Shown here: positions 18,051-27,875 of the stretch, one piece after another
How positions within the stretch are numbered: the stretch's first letter is position 1
Layout of the letters: every line of letters begins with the position of its first letter
NCBI GenBank assembly: GCA_026707285.1
Contig: JAPOXD010000034.1
Coordinates: forward strand, 3,807 to 67,806
Length of the DNA stretch: 64,000 nt
Direction: 5' to 3'
Origin: Chloroflexota bacterium
Lineage (GTDB): Bacteria; Chloroflexota; UBA11872
Made by a program: the position numbers and the translations under genes
The notes under the pieces: model-generated
Told to the model about the DNA's origin: nothing
Databases searched by the model: none
What the model saw: the letters and a program-made list of their open reading frames with translations, nothing else

Positions 18051-18632
18051 GTGCCGCCCGGAAGACCGGCCATGCGCTACATCAGCCGGAATGAACTGTT
18101 TGGCTACGGTTTCCTGACCGGTGCGGTGGTGGTGCTGTCGCTGCCGTTGTATCCGTACCAGTGGCACGTGTTCATGCACGTGGCCGGCGCGGTGGTCTTC
18201 CTCGGTAACATCATCGTCACGGGCGTGTGGATGCTGCTGGCAGAGCGAACGCGGAGCATCCCGGTGATCCACTTCTCGGCCAAGGCGGTGATCCGGGCCG
18301 ATTTCCTGTTCACGTTGCCGGGCGTTCTGTTGCTGGTGATCAATGGGGTCGTGATGGTGGTTGCCCGGTGGGGCGGGTGGGACGCGTTTCACCAGATCTC
18401 GTGGGTCACCATTGCGCTGGGGCTGTTCATCGCGTCCGGCGTGATCTGGGTGGGCGCCCTGCTCCCCGCCCAACATCGCATGGCGGTGTTCTCGGACCCG
18501 TCGGCTTATCCGGATTCCCTGCCTCCCCGGTTCGTCTCGGCGATCCGCCAGTGGTATTTCTGGGGCGTGCTGGCGATTCTGCTCCCCGTCGCCTCGCTCT
18601 ACCTGATGGTTCACAAGCCGGCCTTCGGCTGA
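18051..18632 (+). CDS. DUF2269-like integral membrane protein
   Basis: 193 aa with 4-5 predicted TM helices. The start may instead be MRYIS at 18072. Confidence 0.5.
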   Translation: MPPGRPAMRYISRNELFGYGFLTGAVVVLSLPLYPYQWHVFMHVAGAVVFLGNIIVTGVWMLLAERTRSIPVIHFSAKAVIRADFLFTLPGVLLLVINGVVMVVARWGGWDAFHQISWVTIALGLFIASGVIWVGALLPAQHRMAVFSDPSAYPDSLPPRFVSAIRQWYFWGVLAILLPVASLYLMVHKPAFG

Positions 18633-18639
18633 GGCATCC

Positions 18640-18771
18640 TCGTCAGCGCTCGGGGGTCCATGGCAATTGTTGGCGCGGCACGAATCTCAATTAGAAGCAA
18701 ACGTCGTGATATATTGCTTGGGCAATACCGTCGCATTATTTTTTGATTTCCCTACATGAGAGGAGAACGAT
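18640..18771 (+). promoter_or_regulatory. AT-rich promoter/leader region upstream of the carbonic anhydrase gene
   Basis: Sharp drop in GC (TTGGGCAATACCGTCGCATTATTTTTTGATTTCCCTACATGAGAGGAGAACGA). An AGGAGA RBS lies 7 nt before the TTG start. Confidence 0.3.
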
Positions 18772-19269
18772 TTGACTGAAATCGACGACGTCTTGACAAG
18801 CAACGCCAGCTATGCGGCAAACTTTCGCGCGGGGGATTTGACCGCGTCGCCCGGGCGCAGCCTTGCGGTGGTGGCGTGCGCGGACGCGCGCATTGACGTG
18901 CACAGAATCCTGGGGCTCAAGGAGGGCGACGCTCACGTCATCCGAAACGCGGGAGGCGTGATCACCGACGACGTGATTCGGTCGCTGATAATTTCCCAGC
19001 GACTGCTCGGCACCCGCGAGGTCATGCTCATCCATCACACCGACTGCGGCATGCTGAAATTCCGCGACGACGACTTCAAGGACGAGATTGAAGCCGAAAC
19101 TGGGATTCGTCCGGCATTCGCGCTCGAAGCGTTCGCGGATCTCGACCAGAATATGCGGCAGTCCATCGCCCGAATCCACGCCAGCCCGTTTATTCCACAC
19201 AAAGACCAGATTCGGGGGTTCATCTACGATTGCGCCTCGGGAAAGCTCGCGGAGGTCCTGGATTCATAG
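18772..19269 (+). CDS. beta-class carbonic anhydrase
   Basis: 165 aa. Zinc ligand motifs C-A-D-A-R (VVACADARID) and HHTDCGM are present. TTG start with a strong RBS. Confidence 0.8.
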   Translation: MTEIDDVLTSNASYAANFRAGDLTASPGRSLAVVACADARIDVHRILGLKEGDAHVIRNAGGVITDDVIRSLIISQRLLGTREVMLIHHTDCGMLKFRDDDFKDEIEAETGIRPAFALEAFADLDQNMRQSIARIHASPFIPHKDQIRGFIYDCASGKLAEVLDS

Positions 19270-19622
19270 CCAACTTATGGCAGGAGTGTTGGTTTCAATC
19301 GATGAATCTACCTAAGTCGTTATTCATTTTCTATTCTGCACTCTATCGATGGATTTGTTTCATCATCCATGCGAGGATTCCGGCCGCATTGTCCGTAAAG
19401 AAGTTTGGTGCTATAGTTCGGGATCGTTAGGTTTGGCGGGGCCGGGCGGTCCGCCATGCGGCAGCGAGGGAGAGGCACGTTGCCCGCCGTAGCCCCACCC
19501 CGGCAAAAGGCATCGCTGCGGTTGAAACCCCTGCGCAGCGCTTCCAGCCTCACCGCAACCCCGGTGGAATTCGCGGATAGCCGCCGACAGGCGGAAGCGG
19601 GGGATCGATCGGGCACTCGGTC

Positions 19623-21239
19623 GTGAGCTACACCCGCCAGGCCCTTCGCGGAGACCTCTTGGGCGGCGCGACGGCTGCCGTTGTCGGGCTGCCATTCGCG
19701 CTGGCATTCGGCGTGGCGTCGGGTCTTGGACCGATGGCCGGACTCTACGGGGCGATCGCCGTGGGCTTCTTCGCGGCGGTGTTTGGGGGAACGCGGCCGC
19801 AGATTTCGGGCCCCACCGCCCCAATCGCCATGGCCATGGCGGTGGTCGTGGCCACGCACGCCGACAACATGGCCGAAGCGTTCACCGTGGTCATCATGGC
19901 GGGTCTCATTCAGACGCTTCTGGGCGCCATTCGCGTGGGTCGCTTCGTGGCCTACGCGCCGTTTTCCGTGATCTCCGGACTCCTGTCCGGCGTGGGCATC
20001 ATCATCATCCTGGTGCAGACGCTGCCCTTCGTGGGCGCCCCGGTCGCAATCGGCGGTCCCGTGGAGACGGTGCGTGCGTGGCTGGACGCGCGGCACGACG
20101 TCAACTACAGCGCGCTGGCGATCGGGGTGGTCACGCTGGCGGTGGTCGTGGCGTGGCCCAAGCGGCTGCGGACGTATCTGCCGCCGACGCTGATAGCGCT
20201 GCTGGCCGGAACGCTGCTCAGCGCGCTGTGGCTCAGCGATACGCCCGTCGTCGGCGAGGTGCCAATGGGCCTGCCGGAGCTGCAGTTGCCCGACGTGTCC
20301 GTCGACGCCCTGGCCGGCGCGGTGTTGCCCGCGCTGATTATCGCCCTGCTGGGAGCGATCGACAGCCTGCTGACGTCTCGGGTCGCCGACTCGATGACAC
20401 GCACCCGGCACGACCAGAATCGGGAGCTGATCGGCCAAGGCATCGGAAACATGGCCGTGGGATTCATCGGCGGACTTCCGGGCGCCGGGGTGACGCCGGG
20501 CACGATGGCGAACCTCCGCGCCGGGGGGCGCACACCGCTTTCCGGCGCATTGCTCGCGGCCATCCTGCTGGCGTTGGTGCTGGCCCTGGGGCGATACGTC
20601 GAGTTCATCCCCCACGCGGCGCTGGCCGGAATCCTGATCAAGATCGGCTGGGACATCATCGATTGGCAGTTCCTCACCCGCATCCACCGCGTGCAGCCCG
20701 AGCACCTGCTGGTCATGGCCGTCACGCTGGGGTTGACGCTGGTTCTCGACCTGGTCACCGCCGTGGCCATCGGCCTGATCGCCGCCGCCGTGGCAAGCGC
20801 GCGCCAGTTCGAGCGCCTTGACATGGACAGCGTGGTTTCCACGCCGCTGCCGGAGCAGAGCGCTGGTCCCGCTGCGGATGGCTCGGGCACGGTGACCTCA
20901 TTCACCGAACGCGTGGGCCTGGTGTCGCTGACGGGGAGTTTTTCCGTGATCTCGGCAAGCAAGCTGATCAACACGATAAGCGCCGACATTCGCCAGCACG
21001 AGGTCGTGATCCTCGACTTTTCCGACACGGTCTACATGGACGACAGCGCCGCGCTGGTGCTGGAGCGGCTGATCGATATGGCGATTGCCGAAGGCACCAC
21101 GTGCATGGTGATGGGTCTCGGAGGTCGGGCCGCCATCACCCTGCACGCGCTCAACGTGCTGCGGCGCATCCCCGCGGATCGGTTCGTGGCCACCCTGGAC
21201 GACGCGCAGACTACCGCGAGGCGTTTGCTGGAGAGCTAG
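19623..21239 (+). CDS. SulP-family anion transporter with C-terminal STAS domain
   Basis: 538 aa with GTG start. Has a SulP TM core and a STAS domain (VVILDFSDTVYMDDSAALVLERL). Confidence 0.85.
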   Translation: MSYTRQALRGDLLGGATAAVVGLPFALAFGVASGLGPMAGLYGAIAVGFFAAVFGGTRPQISGPTAPIAMAMAVVVATHADNMAEAFTVVIMAGLIQTLLGAIRVGRFVAYAPFSVISGLLSGVGIIIILVQTLPFVGAPVAIGGPVETVRAWLDARHDVNYSALAIGVVTLAVVVAWPKRLRTYLPPTLIALLAGTLLSALWLSDTPVVGEVPMGLPELQLPDVSVDALAGAVLPALIIALLGAIDSLLTSRVADSMTRTRHDQNRELIGQGIGNMAVGFIGGLPGAGVTPGTMANLRAGGRTPLSGALLAAILLALVLALGRYVEFIPHAALAGILIKIGWDIIDWQFLTRIHRVQPEHLLVMAVTLGLTLVLDLVTAVAIGLIAAAVASARQFERLDMDSVVSTPLPEQSAGPAADGSGTVTSFTERVGLVSLTGSFSVISASKLINTISADIRQHEVVILDFSDTVYMDDSAALVLERLIDMAIAEGTTCMVMGLGGRAAITLHALNVLRRIPADRFVATLDDAQTTARRLLES

Positions 21240-21285
21240 TCCGCCCCGAGACTTGGGCTCTGCCGCCCCGTCAACGTCGGACGTG

Positions 21286-21303
21286 GCGTGCCAGGCGGCA
21301 CGA
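21286..21303. terminator. possible bidirectional hairpin CGTGCC-aggc-GGCACG between convergent genes
   Basis: 6-bp GC stem in the 70-bp gap between convergent genes. It has no T-tract, so the call is weak. Confidence 0.2.
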
Positions 21304-21308
21304 TTGCA

Positions 21309-24002
21309 TCACGGGTTTCTTGGGCGTCGCCCTGGGAACCGCAGGGCGGAGCAGCAACGAGAGAAGTCAATACCGGTGACGATGAGGCTCGCCGCCACTC
21401 CTCCGGCGGTGACGGCGGCGATGGCGATGCCGAGGTCATACCAGCGCTGGGGGGCGTACTCGAACGTGATCGCGGAGTCTTCGGAAACCGGCAGGAAATA
21501 GCCGTTCCAGAGTCCGTCCGCGAGCAGCGGGGCGAATGCTTCGCCCTCCACCCAGGCCAGCCAGGCGGGGTCGTAGGCCCGGCGGAGGACGATGAAGGCC
21601 CAGCCGCCGGCGCCGCGCGCGGTGGCTTCGATGCGCGTGGGCTCACGCGTCGAGACTTTCAGGCGCGGCTGGGGCAGCGCGAACGAGGCCGGTGAGATCG
21701 CGGGACGCCAATCGGTGGGCGCGAGGGCCAGGGTGCTCACGGCTTCGAGCCCGGGACCGGCGGTCACGCCGATGTCGCCATCCGTCGCGGCCCCGACCCG
21801 CATCCACCGCCAGCCGGTGGTCGGCGACGTGGTGGCGAGCCGCGCGCTGGAGTTGGCGGTCGCAACGTCGATCCAGGTCGAGCGCGGGCTGGTGAAGACC
21901 CGCAGCCAGACGGCGCGGTCGCGATCGTCGGGAACGCGAATCCGCAGCGCCTCACGCTCGCCTTCGGGCGTGGCGAATGCCAGACCCAGGCCGTAGTCCG
22001 ACGCCCAGTCGTGGAGGTCCTCCCGCCCAAGCCGCTTGAGCCAGGACTGCCGCTCATCCGCGTATGCCCCGCCGCGGGTCCAGCCACCTCGCGAGCCGTG
22101 GTAGCCAAACCAGCCGGTGACGGGCATCAAATCGACGTTGTCGGCGACGGCGAAGACTGCGTCTGTGGTTGGCTGCGCCGGGGAGACCGCGTCGGGCAGC
22201 GACGGACGCACCCGGTGGTTGGCCAGGACGCGCGTGACGCCGGCCGGGGCGGCAACGTCGAGGGTGTCGCTCCAGACCGCGCCGGTGGCTTCGAGCAGCG
22301 GCGCGGCGGCGCCGAGATCAACCGCGAGTGCGTTTGGGCCGGACGCCAGGACGGCAGCGTCGGGCAGTGCGGCGAGGGCCGCGGCCAGCTCGTCACCGCT
22401 CGGCTGGTCGCGCATCACCACCGCGTGGCTGAAACCCGCGCGTTGGGCAGCGGCGAGCGCCTCGGCAGGCTCGACGCCGTAGATGTATTCGATCCATCGA
22501 CCGGGGACGGGCGACGGCGGCGCCGGCGAACGCGTGTCGCCGGTGAGGGATGGGTTTGCCAGGCTCGCCGCCTCCATCAGGCGCAAGGTGCGCGCCGGGT
22601 CCCAAGGCGCGGGCCGGTCGTCGGAGGACGCGACCAGGATTCGACCCTCGGGCCCCGCGGCCGCGTCCGCCGCCCGCAACACGTCGCGATAGTCCGCCGG
22701 CAGGGGACGCGGGACATATCCGGGTTGATCGGTGCTCCACAGGAGCGGCACGGCGGGGACCGCATGGACGCCCAGAGCAAGAACGACATAGCCCGCCAGC
22801 AGTGAAGGGCCGAGCGCGCTTCGCGTCCACCCGCCGGCCCCAATCCGGCTCAATAGATCGGCGACCACAAATCCGGCGCCGAAGGCCTGCGCCATGATCA
22901 GCAGGCCGACCACCCGGTCTGGTTCACGAAAGACCCACAGGCCGGGAACGGCATTCACGGCTGCCTGATAGGTATCCGCCGTGAGCGACCAGTTCGATGC
23001 GGCCGCGACCACGGCCGCCGCATACCCTCCGACGGCCAGAAAAAGCGCGGGCGGTCCCCAGCGGCGGAGGGCAACGGCCGCCAGCGGCATCACCGCCACC
23101 GCCCAGCCGGCGAACTCCCAGGGCAGCCGGCTGGCGGCCGGGGGAATCAAGAGTCCATGCCAGTTGGCATTCGCGGCTCCCTGGAGCGTGGTCGGAAGAT
23201 CCTGGTGATGCGCGAGCACCGTGCGGGTTTGGTCCATGAGGGTGTATGCCGGATCGGGACTGCCCCCGTAGAGCTTGACGGCGACATACGGCGCGATCTG
23301 GTAGGCCAACAGCGGGACGACCGCCGCCGACCACACGAGGCCGTCGGCCAGCGCCCGGCGGCGCTTGACGGGGCACTGCACCATGGTGCCGACGACCCAC
23401 GCGGCAATCATGAGCGTGGTGAAGACCAGGTAGTGGGGCTGCGCGGCGCCCAAGAGCGCGAAGACGAGGGCGGACGCAACCGTCCAGCGCCGCTGCGCGG
23501 TTCGCGTGCCCTCGAGATAGAGCGCCAGGACGAGCGGCGCCGCCGCCCATTGAGCCAGCAGCCAGCTGTGCTCCAGGCGCGCGATGGTCCAGGGATTGAC
23601 CACCAATGCCACCGCCGCGACCATGGCCCCCATGGCTGCGGCGGTGCGAGGAATCTCAGTGCGCCAGCGGGCGAACAGCGCGAAGGCCGCAAAGGCGCTG
23701 ACGTATCCAACGCCCGCGATCCACAGCACGATCAGGCGGGCATACGTCGCGCCGTCCAGGCCAAGCGCTTTGGCAACGCCCACGAGTGTGAGTGTGATCG
23801 GCAGGCGTCCGGTGCCCGCGATGCTCAGCGTGTCGCGCGGCGACCACAGGGGATAGACGCTGTGCTCGACGACGCGATCCAGGAAGAGCGAGGGATAGAG
23901 ATCACGCTGCTGCAAGTCGCCGGGGGTCGTGATGACGGCCCAGAACACGGCCACCACAATCAGCGCGCCGGTGCCGAAGGCCAGCGCCCAGGGGCTGGCC
24001 AT
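21309..24002 (-). CDS. large polytopic membrane protein, distant member of family A (putative GT-C-like glycosyltransferase)
   Basis: About 897 aa from MASPWALAFG; the ORF extends to 24065, but that would collide with the divergent gene. The N-terminal multi-TM region carries the NPW...PL and PHY motifs shared with family A. A large C-terminal extracytoplasmic domain follows. Confidence 0.55.
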   Translation of the reverse strand: MASPWALAFGTGALIVVAVFWAVITTPGDLQQRDLYPSLFLDRVVEHSVYPLWSPRDTLSIAGTGRLPITLTLVGVAKALGLDGATYARLIVLWIAGVGYVSAFAAFALFARWRTEIPRTAAAMGAMVAAVALVVNPWTIARLEHSWLLAQWAAAPLVLALYLEGTRTAQRRWTVASALVFALLGAAQPHYLVFTTLMIAAWVVGTMVQCPVKRRRALADGLVWSAAVVPLLAYQIAPYVAVKLYGGSPDPAYTLMDQTRTVLAHHQDLPTTLQGAANANWHGLLIPPAASRLPWEFAGWAVAVMPLAAVALRRWGPPALFLAVGGYAAAVVAAASNWSLTADTYQAAVNAVPGLWVFREPDRVVGLLIMAQAFGAGFVVADLLSRIGAGGWTRSALGPSLLAGYVVLALGVHAVPAVPLLWSTDQPGYVPRPLPADYRDVLRAADAAAGPEGRILVASSDDRPAPWDPARTLRLMEAASLANPSLTGDTRSPAPPSPVPGRWIEYIYGVEPAEALAAAQRAGFSHAVVMRDQPSGDELAAALAALPDAAVLASGPNALAVDLGAAAPLLEATGAVWSDTLDVAAPAGVTRVLANHRVRPSLPDAVSPAQPTTDAVFAVADNVDLMPVTGWFGYHGSRGGWTRGGAYADERQSWLKRLGREDLHDWASDYGLGLAFATPEGEREALRIRVPDDRDRAVWLRVFTSPRSTWIDVATANSSARLATTSPTTGWRWMRVGAATDGDIGVTAGPGLEAVSTLALAPTDWRPAISPASFALPQPRLKVSTREPTRIEATARGAGGWAFIVLRRAYDPAWLAWVEGEAFAPLLADGLWNGYFLPVSEDSAITFEYAPQRWYDLGIAIAAVTAGGVAASLIVTGIDFSRCCSALRFPGRRPRNP

Positions 24003-24070
24003 CCGCCCGCCAAGCCGCCAGAGGGCCGGCAGCGGCGATCGGCTGCGACCTGGGCGGCGAGTCACGGCCG

Positions 24071-24820
24071 ATGATGTTACGGCGATTTGGGGTGGCGCCG
24101 GGTGTGCTGGCGGCTTTGAGTGTAGTCGCGGCCGTGGCGGCGGCCCTGGCGCTGGGAGGCGCGGAACGCCAGTGGCCGGCGTTCCCGACCTACGCCTTCA
24201 ACCTGGAGTTTGGGCCCGCGTTTGCCGCCGGCAGCCTGGAACAGACATTCGCCGCTCCCGCCACGCCGCTGCGCCGCATCGAGCTGCGCGCGGTCAGCCC
24301 GTGGCCCGAGACCGTCACGGTTCGGGTGCGCGATGTCGGCGATCCGGCGGCCGAGGTGCTGGTCGAGGCCAGCGTTGGGATTGCCGCCGACGGCGCGATA
24401 CGACTTGATCTTCCGGGGACGGTGGATACGAGCGAACGGTTCCTACAGATTCAAGTCGTCAATCCGCCCGAGTCATCCACGCCCTTAGCGCTCCAGGCCA
24501 ATCACACCGACCCCTATGGCGGCGGACAAGCCGCCATCGGCAGCGACCCCGGCACGGGTTCGGTTGACCTGGTGCTACAGACCTGGCGGCGTGTCACGCC
24601 AACGGCGCTTGCGCTGGAGGTGCTGCGCGCAAACGCACTCGGCGCACTCTTCGCGCTGATGTCCCTAGTGGCAGTCGCCGGTCTGGCGCTGGCCTGGGGC
24701 TGGCGTCGGTTTAGCGACCGATCACGATCGGTGGCGGCTGCAGCTACGTTTCTGTGCATCGCGGTGGGACTTGGGCTGCTGCGCGTCGGCTTCGAAGTCC
24801 TCGCGCCCTGGGCGACCTGA
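24071..24820 (+). CDS. membrane-anchored hypothetical protein (companion-like: N-terminal TM, ~180-aa domain, C-terminal TM)
   Basis: 249 aa. AFNLEFGPAFAAGSLEQ after TM1 resembles the F.LGP..GS.TQ motif of the companion family. Divergent from the 21309 gene. Confidence 0.45.
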   Translation: MMLRRFGVAPGVLAALSVVAAVAAALALGGAERQWPAFPTYAFNLEFGPAFAAGSLEQTFAAPATPLRRIELRAVSPWPETVTVRVRDVGDPAAEVLVEASVGIAADGAIRLDLPGTVDTSERFLQIQVVNPPESSTPLALQANHTDPYGGGQAAIGSDPGTGSVDLVLQTWRRVTPTALALEVLRANALGALFALMSLVAVAGLALAWGWRRFSDRSRSVAAAATFLCIAVGLGLLRVGFEVLAPWAT

Positions 24821-24825
24821 CGGCG

Positions 24826-25845
24826 CTAGCCGCCCCACTCGGCGCGGCTGTGCGGCCGTGCCGTCCCCAGCAGGCGTCGCAGCGTCACCGTGCCGTAGAC
24901 GACGAGCGTGATCCAGCACGCGGGCAGGTGGTAGAGCCAGGCGCGATCGCGCCGACGCATCCAGCCAATCGCCGCCTGGACTAGCAGTGGCGCTACGGTC
25001 AGCGTGGCGGCGGCGAATAGCAGGGCGCCGCGCCACGGCGGGGCGGTCGGCCCCGACCGCATGCCGACCGCGCTGAAGTAGAGAAAGTCCTGCGCGCGCC
25101 GCGTTTGCTTGCGGGCGAACTGTCGCAGGGATTGGGCGTAGTGGTGCGCGATGCCAAGGTGCAGCTTGGCGACATGGACGAACGGACCCGAGGTGCCCGA
25201 GTGAAGGATGTCGACATCGAAGAGATATCCGTCGCGCACGGCGGCGGCGGCAACCGACCGCCGGGTGAAGAAGCCGTTGGCTCCCACCGTTGGCAGGCGC
25301 TCGCGACGGAATCGAACTTTGCGGAAGGTGGGAGTCTTCTCGTAGACCTCGTGATCCACGCCGGTCCACTTGCCCGTGACGAGGCATTCGCGATCGTAGG
25401 TCCCGAGGAAGAGGACGAAGGGATCGTTCATGCCGAGCAGCGCGAAGTAGCGGTCGAGCGCGGGCATAGTTTCCAGGGCGGTGAACTGGATCGGCTCGGC
25501 GCCTGCAATCCGTGGATCGGCCAAGGCGTCGACGACGGCCTCCAGGGTGGACGGCGACGGCAACTCGTTGTCCGAGTCGACAAAGCCCACGATGTCGTGG
25601 GACGCGCGCGCCAGACCGGCGGCCTTGCCGGCTTCACCAGTGACCCGTGGGTTTTCGACCACCGTGCAGCCCCACGATTCGGCGACATGCCGCGTCATAT
25701 CGGTTGAGCCGCCGTCGGCGACGATGATTTCCAGCCGATCTGCCGGATATCGCTGGGCGCGAATCGACCGGAGCGAAATTTCAAGACTCCGCGCGCAGTT
25801 GAGCGTGGGAATGACGATCGAGATTCCGGGGACATCCGCCATGGC
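24826..25845 (-). CDS. GT2-family glycosyltransferase with C-terminal TM segment
   Basis: Start at MADVPGISIVIPTLN. Has the GT-A DxD region (VGFVDSDN). Confidence 0.75.
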   Translation of the reverse strand, partial: AMADVPGISIVIPTLNCARSLEISLRSIRAQRYPADRLEIIVADGGSTDMTRHVAESWGCTVVENPRVTGEAGKAAGLARASHDIVGFVDSDNELPSPSTLEAVVDALADPRIAGAEPIQFTALETMPALDRYFALLGMNDPFVLFLGTYDRECLVTGKWTGVDHEVYEKTPTFRKVRFRRERLPTVGANGFFTRRSVAAAAVRDGYLFDVDILHSGTSGPFVHVAKLHLGIAHHYAQSLRQFARKQTRRAQDFLYFSAVGMRSGPTAPPWRGALLFAAATLTVAPLLVQAAIGWMRRRDRAWLYHLPACWITLVVYGTVTLRRLLGTARPHSRAEWGG

Positions 25846-25923
25846 AGCAGTATGCCGAAGCTCCCCCTGAGCGAGTCGACTGGCTACCCGAACCACATCG
25901 CGGGACCCTGGGCGTGAGAACTC

Positions 25924-27159
25924 CTAGGCGTCGTTGCCGGACTTGCCGCCGTTGTCGGCGTCGAATCCATATTGCTGGACGATCACGTCCACGTTTCGCT
26001 CGGAGAACCGGCGCTCAGCCTCGGCGCGCGCTTGCTCGCGGAGCGCGGTCAGACCGGCGCCATCAGCCAGCATGTCCTGCAGTCCGGCCATGAACGCCTC
26101 GGCGCACGGCTCAACGAGCCGGCCGATCTCGGGAGTCACGGCTTCTCGCAGACCACCGAGGTTGCTCGCGACGATTGGCGTTCCAGCCGCGCTGCCCTCG
26201 AGCACTACGATCCCCGCCGCCTCTTCGTACTGCGACGGCACCAGCAGCAGGTCAGCCGCGGCATACATCGACGCGATGGTGTCGAGGCGTTCGGCTGGCG
26301 GGCCGGACGGATCCTGCATGAGCGTCAAGTTTGGCGACGCCGTTGAAGCCTCCGCGACCTCGGCTCCCATGTCACCTTCGGCGCCCAGCATCCGGAATTG
26401 CACGTTGGGCAGCCGCCGCGCGAGATCGAGAACGATGCCCACACCCTTCTTGCGCAGGAGTCGGCCAACAAAGAGACAGGTGGGCGCCGACTCCGGCCAC
26501 CCGAGCTTGGCACGAGCTTCGACTTGGCTGCGCGGCCGAAATACCTCGAGGTCGACCCAGTGCTGGTGGGCGGTGACGCGTGCCGGATCCAGCCCGATGG
26601 CGACAAGCTCCTGCCGGGACGCCTCGCTCACGGTCAGCACCCGATCGGCGCGCCCGAGCAGGGAACGCACGGCTTGCGCCAGCACCCGGCGCTGCCGCAG
26701 CTCGTAGATCGCGTGCATGCTGACGACGATCGGCTGTCGCGCGCCGGTCCAGCGCATGCCCAAGGCGGCCACGGCGGCGGCCAACCCGTGCGCGTGAATG
26801 ACGTCAAAGCTGTCGCTATGACGTATCCGGTGTCGAATGGCGCCCGCCAGCAGGCCGGGCACCAGGTAGGCGAACACCAGCGGCGCGTATGGTTCGATGC
26901 GCGGATGCCATCCGCGCCCAAACCATGGAATGCGGATGACTTCGCCGTTTGGGAGCGGCTCGCGCGATGGGGCCTTCACCGGAGCGACCAGCGGTTGGTG
27001 CGTGAGGAGCGTGACGCGGGTGTTTCGCCGCGCGAGCGCGGCGATGAGCGCGTCGATGTGCGTCTCGACCCCGCCACGATTGGGCGAGGCGAACGGTGAC
27101 AGCATGAGCACACGCCGACGGTCGCGGGGGTGGGCGTCGCGCGCAGCCGGCGTCATGTG
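25924..27159 (-). CDS. GT4-family glycosyltransferase
   Basis: Start at MTPAARD (27159). The GT-B C-terminal domain carries the E-x7-E region (EEAAGIVVLEGSAAGTPIV). Confidence 0.75.
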   Translation of the reverse strand, partial: HMTPAARDAHPRDRRRVLMLSPFASPNRGGVETHIDALIAALARRNTRVTLLTHQPLVAPVKAPSREPLPNGEVIRIPWFGRGWHPRIEPYAPLVFAYLVPGLLAGAIRHRIRHSDSFDVIHAHGLAAAVAALGMRWTGARQPIVVSMHAIYELRQRRVLAQAVRSLLGRADRVLTVSEASRQELVAIGLDPARVTAHQHWVDLEVFRPRSQVEARAKLGWPESAPTCLFVGRLLRKKGVGIVLDLARRLPNVQFRMLGAEGDMGAEVAEASTASPNLTLMQDPSGPPAERLDTIASMYAAADLLLVPSQYEEAAGIVVLEGSAAGTPIVASNLGGLREAVTPEIGRLVEPCAEAFMAGLQDMLADGAGLTALREQARAEAERRFSERNVDVIVQQYGFDADNGGKSGNDA

Positions 27160-27875
27160 ACTGCGGCCGGCCCGTGCATGAGGGCGATGACGAGAGCCGC
27201 GGTCACGCCGCCGCTCAGCGCCAGTGCCGCCGGCCGTCCGAACCGTCGCCGGTCGAGCGACGACCACGCAGCGCGCCCCACCACGGTTCCCACCAGCAGG
27301 GCGACGGCGAGGCCGACGCCGAGATAGAGCGGCGACTCGGTTGCCTGCACTCGAAGTCGTGTGAGCGCACCGGCGTGGCCGGAGGCCGAAAAGGCCAGAT
27401 CGACGTCAATCGGCGATCGGCCCAGCTGATCGACAAGCTGCCCAGCCGCATACGCATCGTTTCCCGTCGCTCCAACATAGAGTTCCGCCGGGGAGTCTTC
27501 GAGCGCGACGACCCGAATGGCCAGCGGTCCGGCCGGAAAGTCTACCGAGGCGATCGAGATTGAAACCTCCTGGAGCTCAGTGCTCGGCGGCGCCTCGATG
27601 CGAGCCGACCGGAGCGGTGGGCCATCCTGGGAACGCAGGAGGTGAATGTCCGCGTGCGCTGCGGCACCACCTTCACTCCGCGCCCAGATGGTCAAGGTGT
27701 CGATGGGGCCGCCAGCGAAGTCGACCGACTGCGTGATCGAGCCAACGAGCGGTCCGAGCCCAAAGCTCGGCGCCACCGGATTCTTAGCGGTGGTCAGCGG
27801 CTTCCATCCCAGGCCGACCGCGGCCCCGAGCATCAACACCAGCACCGTGGCGAGGAGCCAGACGGCGATCCTCAT
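27153..27875 (-). CDS. companion membrane-anchored protein of family-A gene (conserved family; N-terminal TM, extracytoplasmic domain, C-terminal TM)
   Basis: 240 aa from MRIAVWLL. Its ATG overlaps the upstream stop (ATGA at 27872-27875). Motif is PSFGLGPLVGSITQSVD. It is a paralog of 46533..47255. Confidence 0.55.
   Translation of the reverse strand: MRIAVWLLATVLVLMLGAAVGLGWKPLTTAKNPVAPSFGLGPLVGSITQSVDFAGGPIDTLTIWARSEGGAAAHADIHLLRSQDGPPLRSARIEAPPSTELQEVSISIASVDFPAGPLAIRVVALEDSPAELYVGATGNDAYAAGQLVDQLGRSPIDVDLAFSASGHAGALTRLRVQATESPLYLGVGLAVALLVGTVVGRAAWSSLDRRRFGRPAALALSGGVTAALVIALMHGPAAVT

Noticed and set aside
19270-19622. Possible tRNA or small RNA in the AT-rich spacer after the carbonic anhydrase gene
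   Set aside because: There is no cloverleaf-compatible segment and no GTTCGAATC-like T-loop. It is more likely promoter or leader DNA for the SulP gene.
19320-21028. 461-aa and 307-aa minus-strand ORFs opposite the SulP gene
   Set aside because: Antisense artefacts. The SulP/STAS signature is on the plus strand.
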